Below are positions 51,701 to 58,015 of a stretch of 64,000 nucleotides of DNA, one piece after another (position 1 is the first letter of the stretch; every line of letters begins with the position of its first letter). A program made the translations under genes and the position numbers. The notes beneath the pieces were generated by a model that was given only the letters and a program-made list of their open reading frames with translations, did no database searches and had not been told where the DNA came from. Origin of the DNA: a virus. Where the stretch lies: positions 122,276-186,275 of the IMG/VR virus record IMGVR_UViG_3300031525_000001; one strand, given 5' to 3'.

Positions 51701-54360
51701 TGGAGACTTTCCGCCACATGCGTCTGTTTGAGCGTGACCGTTTGATCGAGGAAGCTCAACTTGAAGAATTACATCCAGCCGATCTGAAGACGAATCAGGC
51801 GACCCTCAAGCGGAAAGACCTCCAGTATTTCTTGGACAACCCCGAGGAGATCACCAAGCCGCACAGCAATGTCGGGCTGAGTGACACGGAGCAGTTGTAC
51901 CCCCTCGTGTGCCGCACCACCGAAGGCGATTGGCTGTACGACGGCAACCACCGCGCAAACGCCGCCATGAAGCTCGGCATCTTGCTCAAGTGCAAGGTCG
52001 TGGACCTACGAGATTACGAGGAGCCACGGGGGAAAGTCTCCCGAAAGCTCGCTGCTCGCGGTGAAGTGGGTCCTGTGTATCACGGCACCGATAAGAAATT
52101 CGACAAGTTCGAGCAGAAACCCGGCACCCGATACATTCTCTTCTCCGAGATTAAGGTACAAGCTGGTGGGTTCTTCTTCACCGATGACCCTGAGGAAGCG
52201 AAAGAGTTCGGCTCAAACGTCATGACCTGCTACTTGAAGATGAAGAAGCCACTGATTCGGCAAGAAGATCAATACAATCTGAGCAAGAAACAGATCGCCG
52301 ACCTGACTTACATCTGCGAGCTATGTATGAGTGACGGCTATTCCGACTTGCAAGGCAATTCCGTCAAGACGATTGAACTGGGAGCCTTTGCCATCGATGT
52401 AGACCCAGAAGGCAACTGGCTCAACGAGATTGTGAAGCAGAACGGCCTCGATTGGAACATTTTGGACAATCAGGAAGCCGTCAACCGCATGAAGGAACGC
52501 GGCTACGACAGCACCATGGTGGATGAGTACAACGGCAAGTATAGCTATTGCGTGTTTTCAGCCGACCAGATTAGGATCGGCGGCGGTAAAGCAAAGGCGT
52601 TGACCGCAGCCACACCAGCCCGAGCCCTCAAGCTCTATCACGTCACGACAGTGCCTATTGCCAAAGACATCAAAGCTCACGGCTTCAAGCCCGTGGATCA
52701 AGGTATGTGGAAGAACTACTACGCTCCGCAGGGACGCGACGGCATCTACTTTTACGACGATTTGAAATACTCCGAGGCTTACGCCGCCTACGCTGAGGGT
52801 CAACTCTTCACACGCAACATGCAGCCAGAGAATTCGTGGGAAGAAAACAAGAAGCAAATACCTCAGATGGCAATCATTGAAGTACAGGTTCCCGAAGGCG
52901 TGGCAATCACCACCGACCAGAAGGAGGATGGGTTCTTCGTACCTACAGCCGATCTGGGTAAGGTCAAGATCACGGGTATGCACAAGTACGATTACGTCCC
53001 TACCGAGGGCAGGAAGCCCGGTGAGAAGTTCGGGGCAGCCTTCCCAACCTTCGAGCAGGTGATGGACGAATCCACCTTGGCTGATGACGAATTCATGTTT
53101 GGCAGCGACGAGGAAAGCAAACGCTGGTACGATCAGGCGTTGGCGTTCTGGAAATCCCAAAAGTTCCCGCTCACGGTGTATCGCGGCATGGCTGTTTTCA
53201 ACGAGCGTCATGACATTGACTACAGCACCTTCGGTTGGTCATGGTCTTTGGATAGGAAGTTTGCCGAGAACTTTGCGGAAGATAAGTACATCGACTACCC
53301 CGATCAACACCGCATCGAGGTCTTCGAGGGTAAGATCAAAGCGAACGCTGTGGACTGGCTTAACACCTTCAGGGCATGGGTCACTCTCCCCGAAGAGAAG
53401 GAAGTCCGCCTCAAGCCCAAGGCTCAGGTCGAACTCCCAGCGTTAGGCCGATCCGTGACCGCTGCCGATCTTCCTCGTAGCAAGTACGACAAGGTTTGCT
53501 ACACTATCGCCATGGACGATGCGCTGTACGGCTACTTCGGTCAATACGTGCAGTGTGCCGACGCCTTTGAGGACAACCCAGCGGCATCCGGTCGAGTGGT
53601 TGAGTTGGTCAAATCACTCACGCCATTCGTACCGCCGACTACTCGAAAGTGCCTCTATCGTGGGGAAGAGATTCGCATGGGCGACGACCGCGAGCCCGCC
53701 AAGTGGGAGCCACATCTTCGAGACCTGTTGTCTTGGTCGGCAGCTTACGACACCGCCAAGGGATTCTCGGGCGGACATCGGGGCATCGTGTGGCAGACCG
53801 TGGGCAAGATTCAAGGTATCGCTCTGGAGGATATCGTTCTTTGGCGTAATCGAACGCACCCCGATGAAAGCAACTATCCGGGTATGCAGTCCGAGTGGTT
53901 TGTGATGAATACCTGCAACGCGAAGGAAGCAACCCCGCCCAACGCACAGCCAGCCCGAAGCTATGTGACCGCTGCGGCTGATGGGTTCCTTTACCACGGC
54001 ATGAGCATGACGGACTACAATCGAGCCATGAGTGCTGGCGGCGTACTGCCTGAGCCTAGCTGGTGGGGCACCGCTGAGATCGCCGAGTATTACGCTGAGA
54101 CCGCTGCCGAAGAGATTGGACCCGAGGAAGAATACAAGGTTATCAAGTTACCACTCAGTGCATTCAACCCCGCGTTGCTGGAGGCCGACCAGAACTCGGT
54201 TGCTGAGCCTCTGACCTACACGCTTGGTCGTAGTGAAGATGAGTTGTATGAGGAATGGCAGAACTGCAAGGGTACGTGGCAAGACAGCCTGAGAATTTAT
54301 GGGAGCGTTGTCTACAACGCCCCCATTGAGGTCACCGCACAAACCGTCCTTTCTTCTTAG
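42709..54360 (+). CDS. 3883-aa polyvalent polyprotein (14 ART-like, 3 ParB/Srx-like, 2 GNAT, SprT-like, 2H, Nudix, ASCH/PUA-like and unknown modules)
   Basis: YH(G/V) motifs at 42781, 46570, 47392, 48055, 48625, 49624, 50437, 52075, 52633, 53986. YR(G/A) at 45637, 46111, 53176, 53653. GRHR/GHHR/GNHR; HELCH 44176; PHIT/PHVT 44845/45079; Nudix-like box 51301. Confidence 0.9.
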   Translation: MNPLLRKIAKQPATTTSFFETDGFLYHGTTLRDLKSILTEGKVEGHSYWGVRETADMYEGGAMLRLPVSRFNEAFLLPDENMIQDPYFMEDENGDYDQKKMNATNRAWKASKKTWMDSLKIWGAVMYDEDMPVTPADAIEGRQVMASKTATELPPLKFTQPSDRKLEDYELVWVDTQKLDREWSKDKHLYLAPGDKTNHIGDRYARFTQWRQDNPNTPVEAPIVSWSDNAGGEAHFTNGRHRFSVLRDQGYPKVQIMVPQSQIETFSKLASSSVREINISEDQGSAEGYTADTNAEQLQNWLDRFGYTNKEFVADLRKKYDTFAVLNNINVYEDSRGKGYGDYLLAEFLREAGDRGAGICLLVADTAEEQAQGFNLVEWYERNDFEQVASVYGGELMIMGIMNPKVAAQKTAADIGQVKNIINEMMGVLASGLPHPEVKIVNQTNRMLGYDVWERGRDEAGNTWGADNTTIGIQKSILGHEESLRRTIAHELCHHEVALLIGKPKLMEVGFDAYNKYKKLLAPEGHGKEWQAVAARFNAKYGADFVTEFSDQSVISDEPTKEYWLLLNNYVYGRHKQRLGWQWALGLSRQAMAYLDGLDWTSGEFKLVKTNDHVFTRGRGRIKQYGGWNLPRTPEQEQKIQDLWANAPMAKFGCSAAQDEADIEAAKKAKSGPHKNATSQINLPPDAASGMMEAAKQIPDEELGKDGREDDPHITVKYGVKPDPALLSQVVGEQQPFTVTLGKTHVFSVSESSDAQAPIVVQCHAPELEALHNKVAEAMGTRKDDFPYVPHVTLAYVKPDAAAKYEGMDWAEGISFQVDSITLSTKGGGQVRVPFGKPRKSASHKTPPMSDTQYRNPEMGEETNAYADIPERVMGVEDLPSLESLSPDLFKTGAGSVYDLDLQDVVAWGGSLSEAQGDWDKIRSEAAGRAKAEGKDWEKMPEAEQEVWLDKIGWEWLGATWEITMNRLQSLKFPLTVYRGLGSVSLKEINKGQYAEKGTGIYWSYDENNAYVHEELAAGHPHIVILRGVVSSPKQIDWIRTAYVNLVAADEREINIHPGEEIQITGYKYKGEKAWKNPPKNLRTVRAAAQNFKPMPFDNWCDANPMYQPDDFNEAEYRYDENVAHFSTVDFPITIYRAVQVEQGTQPNLEKAGVYWTWVENSADAYFGSGSMWDQGGPHPKHPQTLILKAKVLRSTDVDWDATLLANMLNEDENEITIESGAELQLIGIDYGQGYKKPAQKRVMAYGDESKNLPLRGQKGIGGQDFPLMFDPPLFSDEKEAARKMPKFYHGTAAENLDDILKNGLKASKDAASAKMGMFNPNRANVQYKSEQGVGEWQGWNIDFSADPVKEHMLPASFVRKLKGIEQKFINVADVVETQGEQWTTDRRVDEIHTQMEAEKWFEAILVDEYEDQPGKYYLEEGHHRTRAAKKMGKTTIPAVIMKLEPRKPHWSLSSGIVRKSSDIAKFAFFIEVPKETRGHFWDEPPAHNLEFWAFRSRPPVLMNEKVYFTFDKMPVAETTVLKVEKPGESLCELSGKYEDHWKLYWEPKQFVKYAGTTAPTLYHGTCPENAEAIMKNGWGPNQVSSGGNAGQPQYLYLTNFPENAQWFANEKGCDTILEVRNIPMSYLEVDPEDGTEDTIERELNFSEKAFPGTVVLTKPLPADHFKVFKSKIGSLNEKRNEKWIYHPDYGAFSQKGSIGPHATLIARTMGEGMSSGRKYEEVLRGYAVIDVDQKTVTLATPTNELIPNDVVDLFKKTYPHYALSIPAESKAIGVTAAMPKKWYHGTSTKNAEIIMGDGYLRPDQETTYDIDIPRDGAVYIAEFDVANQYAIERGGPVLEVAAPDISKLLPDEDDVYELLNDRGGELNAKGSAQAKRVKALWLKQWNDENASYNEPEKFPVYKNFEEAWKAWGEIEFEGSAELAEQMKYLTDYIVKNDPKLARAIIELSGKAAHMGPLKVVRQVKTAAPKSIWYHGTSIKNLRSIMSQGLVPEGTEKVWADDPDAGISAPSRQSYGGIYVSQNLMTAAGAPDTEDRKARGGSLVVIMELQPNTMYLDEDNVTGVLGAPIKHMSDNTFHVLCYYLAATQEGATQDWQDEIRVMREDYVRKCFTQWEAKFAERKMPFHPELKAELEKLLPSVWLGAVTRAAGHVKDNYSYIRAWDQVFYGTPKEKQRPDMNTILPDASEGEAAFREAAEKVTRTLRLLARPNTEGSQTYNINTSRINEPIGFSGSNHILALVEVRDLEVRATPSPVRMLLHWGTIPQDFFSQWNTKYGSKYEVVDARKGQPKAKGVAASAHEDDPQVFYHGTSWQAAQLIDKEGLKASDNRLTGGKKYIWCAIAEFAAKEYGASVTDSDQYAVIEFIWDYGKSEPDPEHFEEGDMYRRIEGDISRQNITAIKYFDGGRIVKTAGFEEEIKITTAPDGRITAKHVDGSASGTMEDREGLVKWFDWSTLPKGGAGIYDKAFVLGTVSVKVATRRNGLGRALVGAVLDAAKAQGAQVCFLLAHSLTGLSGKELSSFYNSLGFQPYVIDPPPRWFDSSTAGIFMKKLAGVAKLAAMNRISQQDAVDRKMFGPVYHGTTEEKQENIGNEGFKVYIGDAGSGDVAHGYEGNQPYHDGIPAPVHHLGYGVYFTTAKAIAKQFAGGTTRGMKTYYLDVPRLETINFGVPKTMMKWWISQGYNADLAKKNRVEATKPMTEHLKAQFDAVWFKGKGMYKLLDGDQICVFDASHIYEVDAAMSKPGDIGSKVTRKADGMKGVIKNIRSIPPDVAQQYHGGADKFYEIKWAKGGTDHNVYARDIDFVGAKAQGATASMKIAEGFNNEGFWAGEGNAASGVLPICTTTGRICLAWRSPDVHIGNCWGTIGGAVKPKMSLADSAKAELTEETGFTGGITMHPAYVFSKGGFSYHNFLGTVGTEFRFAPQSEHHWETTGLEWFTWVDIQEMVKDNASDFHPGLISLFKSDGKKIEQLLGKPKTASDDDGDMPNMLQVFPERPDVMETFRHMRLFERDRLIEEAQLEELHPADLKTNQATLKRKDLQYFLDNPEEITKPHSNVGLSDTEQLYPLVCRTTEGDWLYDGNHRANAAMKLGILLKCKVVDLRDYEEPRGKVSRKLAARGEVGPVYHGTDKKFDKFEQKPGTRYILFSEIKVQAGGFFFTDDPEEAKEFGSNVMTCYLKMKKPLIRQEDQYNLSKKQIADLTYICELCMSDGYSDLQGNSVKTIELGAFAIDVDPEGNWLNEIVKQNGLDWNILDNQEAVNRMKERGYDSTMVDEYNGKYSYCVFSADQIRIGGGKAKALTAATPARALKLYHVTTVPIAKDIKAHGFKPVDQGMWKNYYAPQGRDGIYFYDDLKYSEAYAAYAEGQLFTRNMQPENSWEENKKQIPQMAIIEVQVPEGVAITTDQKEDGFFVPTADLGKVKITGMHKYDYVPTEGRKPGEKFGAAFPTFEQVMDESTLADDEFMFGSDEESKRWYDQALAFWKSQKFPLTVYRGMAVFNERHDIDYSTFGWSWSLDRKFAENFAEDKYIDYPDQHRIEVFEGKIKANAVDWLNTFRAWVTLPEEKEVRLKPKAQVELPALGRSVTAADLPRSKYDKVCYTIAMDDALYGYFGQYVQCADAFEDNPAASGRVVELVKSLTPFVPPTTRKCLYRGEEIRMGDDREPAKWEPHLRDLLSWSAAYDTAKGFSGGHRGIVWQTVGKIQGIALEDIVLWRNRTHPDESNYPGMQSEWFVMNTCNAKEATPPNAQPARSYVTAAADGFLYHGMSMTDYNRAMSAGGVLPEPSWWGTAEIAEYYAETAAEEIGPEEEYKVIKLPLSAFNPALLEADQNSVAEPLTYTLGRSEDELYEEWQNCKGTWQDSLRIYGSVVYNAPIEVTAQTVLSS

Positions 54361-54637
54361 CGTCACGCAGCCGCTTCTTCTCCGCACGCTCCTTCATAAC
54401 CTTCTGCTCGACCGCCCACAGGAACAAGCCCTCCCACGAGAAGTCGAAGGTCTGCCGCGTACCCTTCAACCGCACGGTGCCGTGGAATGCGTTGTCCACG
54501 TCCACGATGATTGCCCGAGTCACGGGGACACGTCGTGTCTTCCGCTTCTCCTTGTCTACGGTGATGCTACCCCACCCCCGCATCTCGGCATCCGTCTCGA
54601 AGCTCAGCCGTGTCTTGCGCTCGCTAATCTTGGTCAT
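54332..54637 (-). CDS. hypothetical basic protein
   Basis: TGGTATAAT and AAAGGAGG before ATG 54637; converges on and overlaps the giant ORF's 3' end. Confidence 0.7.
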   Translation of the reverse strand: MTKISERKTRLSFETDAEMRGWGSITVDKEKRKTRRVPVTRAIIVDVDNAFHGTVRLKGTRQTFDFSWEGLFLWAVEQKVMKERAEKKRLRDAKKKGRFVR

Positions 54638-54661
54638 AGTGACCTCCTTTGATCTATAACC

Positions 54662-54670
54662 ATTATACCA
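54662..54670 (-). promoter_or_regulatory. extended -10 (TGGTATAAT)
   Basis: Upstream of an SD-led gene starting at 54637. Confidence 0.6.
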
Positions 54671-54774
54671 TTCGAGTTTTGGAAACAGGCTTAAAACGTG
54701 GCGTTTGAGCCACTTACGGACGAACAAGTCTCGTGATTTCAACGCGACATTTTTTGCTTGACAAGAATTTCCCA

Positions 54775-54799
54775 CGACTTTCGGGCTCTTTCATAGGGG
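54775..54799 (+). promoter_or_regulatory. phage promoter-like motif (CGACTTTCGGGCTCTTTCATAGGGG)
   Basis: Recurring motif upstream of ATG 54808. Confidence 0.45.
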
Positions 54800-54807
54800 A
54801 TGATTTT

Positions 54808-55137
54808 ATGGGCTTTGCAGAGATTCTCAAGGAACATCGCGACAGGCTGAAGGGCTTTCTCGACAAGCTGACGAATGACTCGCACGTGCCGATTGCCCTC
54901 GTCGTCTTCGCGACAACCTCGGCGTACTGTTTCCACACTGGCAAGGATTTGCTGCCGGGGTACGTGAGTTCGCTGTACGCCTTCTACGGGTTCCTCGGCG
55001 GTCACGCCTTGGTTTACCAGAAGTGGCCTGATCCTACAACGCCCGCTCCAACGGTAGACGTGAACGTGAACAACTCGAACGCGAATACCAACACGGCAAC
55101 GGCTACCGCTGCGGCACCTGATCCCTCAAAGGGGTAA
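54808..55137 (+). CDS. two-TM membrane protein, holin-like
   Basis: Two hydrophobic segments and a polar T/N/A tail. Confidence 0.5.
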   Translation: MGFAEILKEHRDRLKGFLDKLTNDSHVPIALVVFATTSAYCFHTGKDLLPGYVSSLYAFYGFLGGHALVYQKWPDPTTPAPTVDVNVNNSNANTNTATATAAAPDPSKG

Positions 55138-55139
55138 CT

Positions 55140-55802
55140 GTGGGCACTCCATGCTTCCTGTTGACGCCAATCTCTAAGATTCGTGTCTGGGCTCGCCGTT
55201 ACAACGCAGGCATTCCGAACTGTTGCCCGCTCTATCCGGGCGAATACTCCTACCACGGCAACATGAACCTCATCGGCGACTTCGACTACCCGCACGTCGA
55301 GGGGCAGTACGAGGACTGGAACGATTTCGTTGAGACCTTACGCCCGCCCGTGGGCGATCCTATTTGGCCGATGAACTGTAAGTGTGGGGCACCTATCCTC
55401 GACGAGCTACGCGGTTGTGAGAAGGGCGGACAAATGTTTGTCCATCGCATGTATCAGCGGTCGGACAACGGCGGGCTGACCACGTTGCAGGAAGCTCCTA
55501 CGGGTGCTCTTTGGTACGCATGGTGGTACAGGATGGAGAACGGCAGCTTCGGGTGGGACTGGGATAACGCATCGACACCGCCCTTGATGTGCATGTTGCC
55601 GAACAATAGAGAGTGGAACATTGATGGACGGGCGAGCAACTGCACCATGAAGGAGGAACGCACGCATCGTTGCTGGGTGCGGCATGGTGAGCCGCCTAAC
55701 ATCCACGTGGATAAGAACGGACACACCTGTCAGGCTGGGGCGGGCTCGATCCTCAGCGGGAACTGGCATGGATTCTTGCACAACGGACAATTGGTGCCAT
55801 GA
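55140..55802 (+). CDS. Cys/His-rich metal-binding protein
   Basis: CKCG, RASNC, HRCW, HTC and C-terminal WHGFLHNG. Confidence 0.6.
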   Translation: MGTPCFLLTPISKIRVWARRYNAGIPNCCPLYPGEYSYHGNMNLIGDFDYPHVEGQYEDWNDFVETLRPPVGDPIWPMNCKCGAPILDELRGCEKGGQMFVHRMYQRSDNGGLTTLQEAPTGALWYAWWYRMENGSFGWDWDNASTPPLMCMLPNNREWNIDGRASNCTMKEERTHRCWVRHGEPPNIHVDKNGHTCQAGAGSILSGNWHGFLHNGQLVP

Positions 55803-56143
55803 AACTAACAGACCTCAATCCGCATTGGGTTACGGTTCCTCAGGCTGCTCCCGGGTATCACGGGGATGACTCAAGCTATGTGAAGCTGTACATCGGGATT
55901 ACGTTCCGCTGCCCACATTGCCCCGTGGGAGAACGTGGCGAGGTTTTCTACATCGGGATATTCTTTGCGAATCCAGTTGACCCCGACAACTGGCTGCCAC
56001 GGATAACACCGCTCGGAAAACTGGCAGAGCATGTGTGGGCACGGACGGGCGATACTTTCGAGACCCTCAGCCTCACGCCCTCGGTGGACGCTTCCAAGTA
56101 CGGGCACTGGCATGGGTTCATTACTAACGGAGAGGTTCGTTAA
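55799..56143 (+). CDS. DUF6527-like metal-binding protein
   Basis: FRCPHC...W..TG..FETLSLTPSV...HWHGFITNGEV. Confidence 0.55.
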   Translation: MKLTDLNPHWVTVPQAAPGYHGDDSSYVKLYIGITFRCPHCPVGERGEVFYIGIFFANPVDPDNWLPRITPLGKLAEHVWARTGDTFETLSLTPSVDASKYGHWHGFITNGEVR

Positions 56144-56367
56144 TCTATCCCGTAGTAGTCGGAGAATTCGTAGAGAGCTTCGTTGATCCGTTTCATGTCC
56201 TCGTCCAACACAGTCTCAACGGTTACCCCACGACGGGCTGCTACAGCCTCAGCCGCTCTCAGATAGAGCGGCTTTCCAGTCACCTTGGTAGCTTCTTCGA
56301 GCGAGACGCCTAAACGCTTCGCACGCTTTGCCAGCACTCTTTCGTAAGCTGTGCTCATTTCACCCAC
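56140..56367 (-). CDS. small hypothetical protein
   Basis: ORF track; follows the Clp-like gene. Confidence 0.55.
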   Translation of the reverse strand: MGEMSTAYERVLAKRAKRLGVSLEEATKVTGKPLYLRAAEAVAARRGVTVETVLDEDMKRINEALYEFSDYYGID

Positions 56368-56370
56368 CCC

Positions 56371-57573
56371 TTACGCCCCCGCGCCCCCGGTTGGTTTCCG
56401 CGTGGGAATTGGGATGATGGGTCTCACGTTGATGGGTTCGCGCTGTGGAGCCGCCGAAGACCCGTAACGTTCGAGCAGCATGGGTGCCATGGCGTTCTCG
56501 GATTCCTTGATGAACGTGGTGGTCTCGCCCTCCATGTCCACACGGATGAAATCGCCCAGCTTGACTTGACCAGTGGCAACGAGGTTCGCCATCGGGAACA
56601 CCAGATGACGCTCAATGGCACGCTTCAAGTGACGCGCACCGTACTTCGGGTCCGTGCCTTCCTTGAGCAGAAACTCTTTGACAGGCTGTGTGCAGTTGAA
56701 CACGAATTGGTTCGCACCAGCGGCCATCAGCACGCGCTGTTGCACCATGCCGAGTTCGATCTCAAGAATCTGCACCAGATGCTCATCGCGGAGAGTTTTG
56801 AACACGACTGATTTGTCGATGCGGTTCATGAACTCCGGGGTGAACTTGCGCTTTGCGGCGTCAACTGCGCTGCGGTCGATCTTTGCATCCAGTGAGTCAT
56901 TGACGACGATGTTCTCACGGGAGTTACCGAAGCCCATGCCGCCATTCATCAGTTCGTTCATGTCGGCAGCACCGAGGTTCGATGTCATGATGATAATGCA
57001 CTGGCTAAGGTCTACGCGGTGGTTGTCGCCGAGGGTCAGCGTAGCCTTGTCGAGGATGCCGAGCAGGAGTTGCCACAGTGAGTCAGAAGCTTTTTCGATT
57101 TCGTCGAACAGCAGAATCGATAACTTCAACTTCTCGCTGAACCACTGGTTCAACGCTTCCTGCGTGAGGAGAGGATGGGTTTCGCGGTGACCGAGGTAGC
57201 CCGGGGGCGAACCGATCAGCTTGGCGATTTCGTGGGAATGCTGGAATTCAGCGCAATCAATCTTGATGCAGGCTCGGGCGTCACCGAAGAGGGATTCAGC
57301 CATCGCTTCTACGACGCGAGTCTTGCCGCTGCCCGTGGGACCGAGGAAGAGAAGATTACCAACTGGACGACCCGGAGCGTTCAGGCCCGCCAAGAACATC
57401 TGGTAAATCTCAACAACTTTATCGACGGCGACATCTTGTCCGACGATACGTTTACGCATGGCTTTCTCAAAATCACGCGCATCGTTTGAACGCTTGGTGG
57501 GGTCTAACTTGAGTCCAGTGCCAGTACCTTTCATGCCTACTCCTGTTCCGTATCCGAGTCCCACAAGTACCAC
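56371..57573 (-). CDS. ClpA/B/C-like AAA+ ATPase with only the second (D2) module
   Basis: GPTGSGKT, IDCAEF..HEIAKLIGSPPGYLG, FDEIEKA, TSNLG, PEFMNRID, YGARHLKRAI. Start may be ATG 57534. Confidence 0.9.
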   Translation of the reverse strand: MVLVGLGYGTGVGMKGTGTGLKLDPTKRSNDARDFEKAMRKRIVGQDVAVDKVVEIYQMFLAGLNAPGRPVGNLLFLGPTGSGKTRVVEAMAESLFGDARACIKIDCAEFQHSHEIAKLIGSPPGYLGHRETHPLLTQEALNQWFSEKLKLSILLFDEIEKASDSLWQLLLGILDKATLTLGDNHRVDLSQCIIIMTSNLGAADMNELMNGGMGFGNSRENIVVNDSLDAKIDRSAVDAAKRKFTPEFMNRIDKSVVFKTLRDEHLVQILEIELGMVQQRVLMAAGANQFVFNCTQPVKEFLLKEGTDPKYGARHLKRAIERHLVFPMANLVATGQVKLGDFIRVDMEGETTTFIKESENAMAPMLLERYGSSAAPQREPINVRPIIPIPTRKPTGGAGA

Positions 57574-57649
57574 CTTTCTAAGGTTTGAGAAGTGACTTTC
57601 CCCGTTCTGACAGGTGCCGCCCTACCTAAAATCTCACCAATACCGCAAA

Positions 57650-58015
57650 TTACGCCTTCTGCTCCTCGGCTGTTTTGAGCCGTAATGTCACGCCGTCATC
57701 GGTCGTGAAAAGTTCCTTTGAGCACTTCGAGCAGAACTGCATCGGTTTGGGCAATGTCGTGTTCAGGCGGTCCAGTTCCATCTGGATGAACCGCTCGTGC
57801 CGCTGTGCCATCACATACGAGCATACCATGACCGTGCGGAATCGTGACCAGCCCTTTGCCCGGGCGAGTGCGAATACGCGGCTGAGGATTGGGTCGGTAT
57901 TGGCGGCGTCCACCAATGCCAGCCAGATCGAGGCGTCATTGTCCTCTTGGAGAACCTTGCTGAACTCGTCGTCGGTCAAGATGGGTTTCGATGCGGGCCA
58001 AGTCATTCCACTCAT
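57650..58015 (-). CDS. hypothetical protein
   Basis: TAATG coupling at 58015; C-terminal CSKC. Confidence 0.55.
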   Translation of the reverse strand: MSGMTWPASKPILTDDEFSKVLQEDNDASIWLALVDAANTDPILSRVFALARAKGWSRFRTVMVCSYVMAQRHERFIQMELDRLNTTLPKPMQFCSKCSKELFTTDDGVTLRLKTAEEQKA

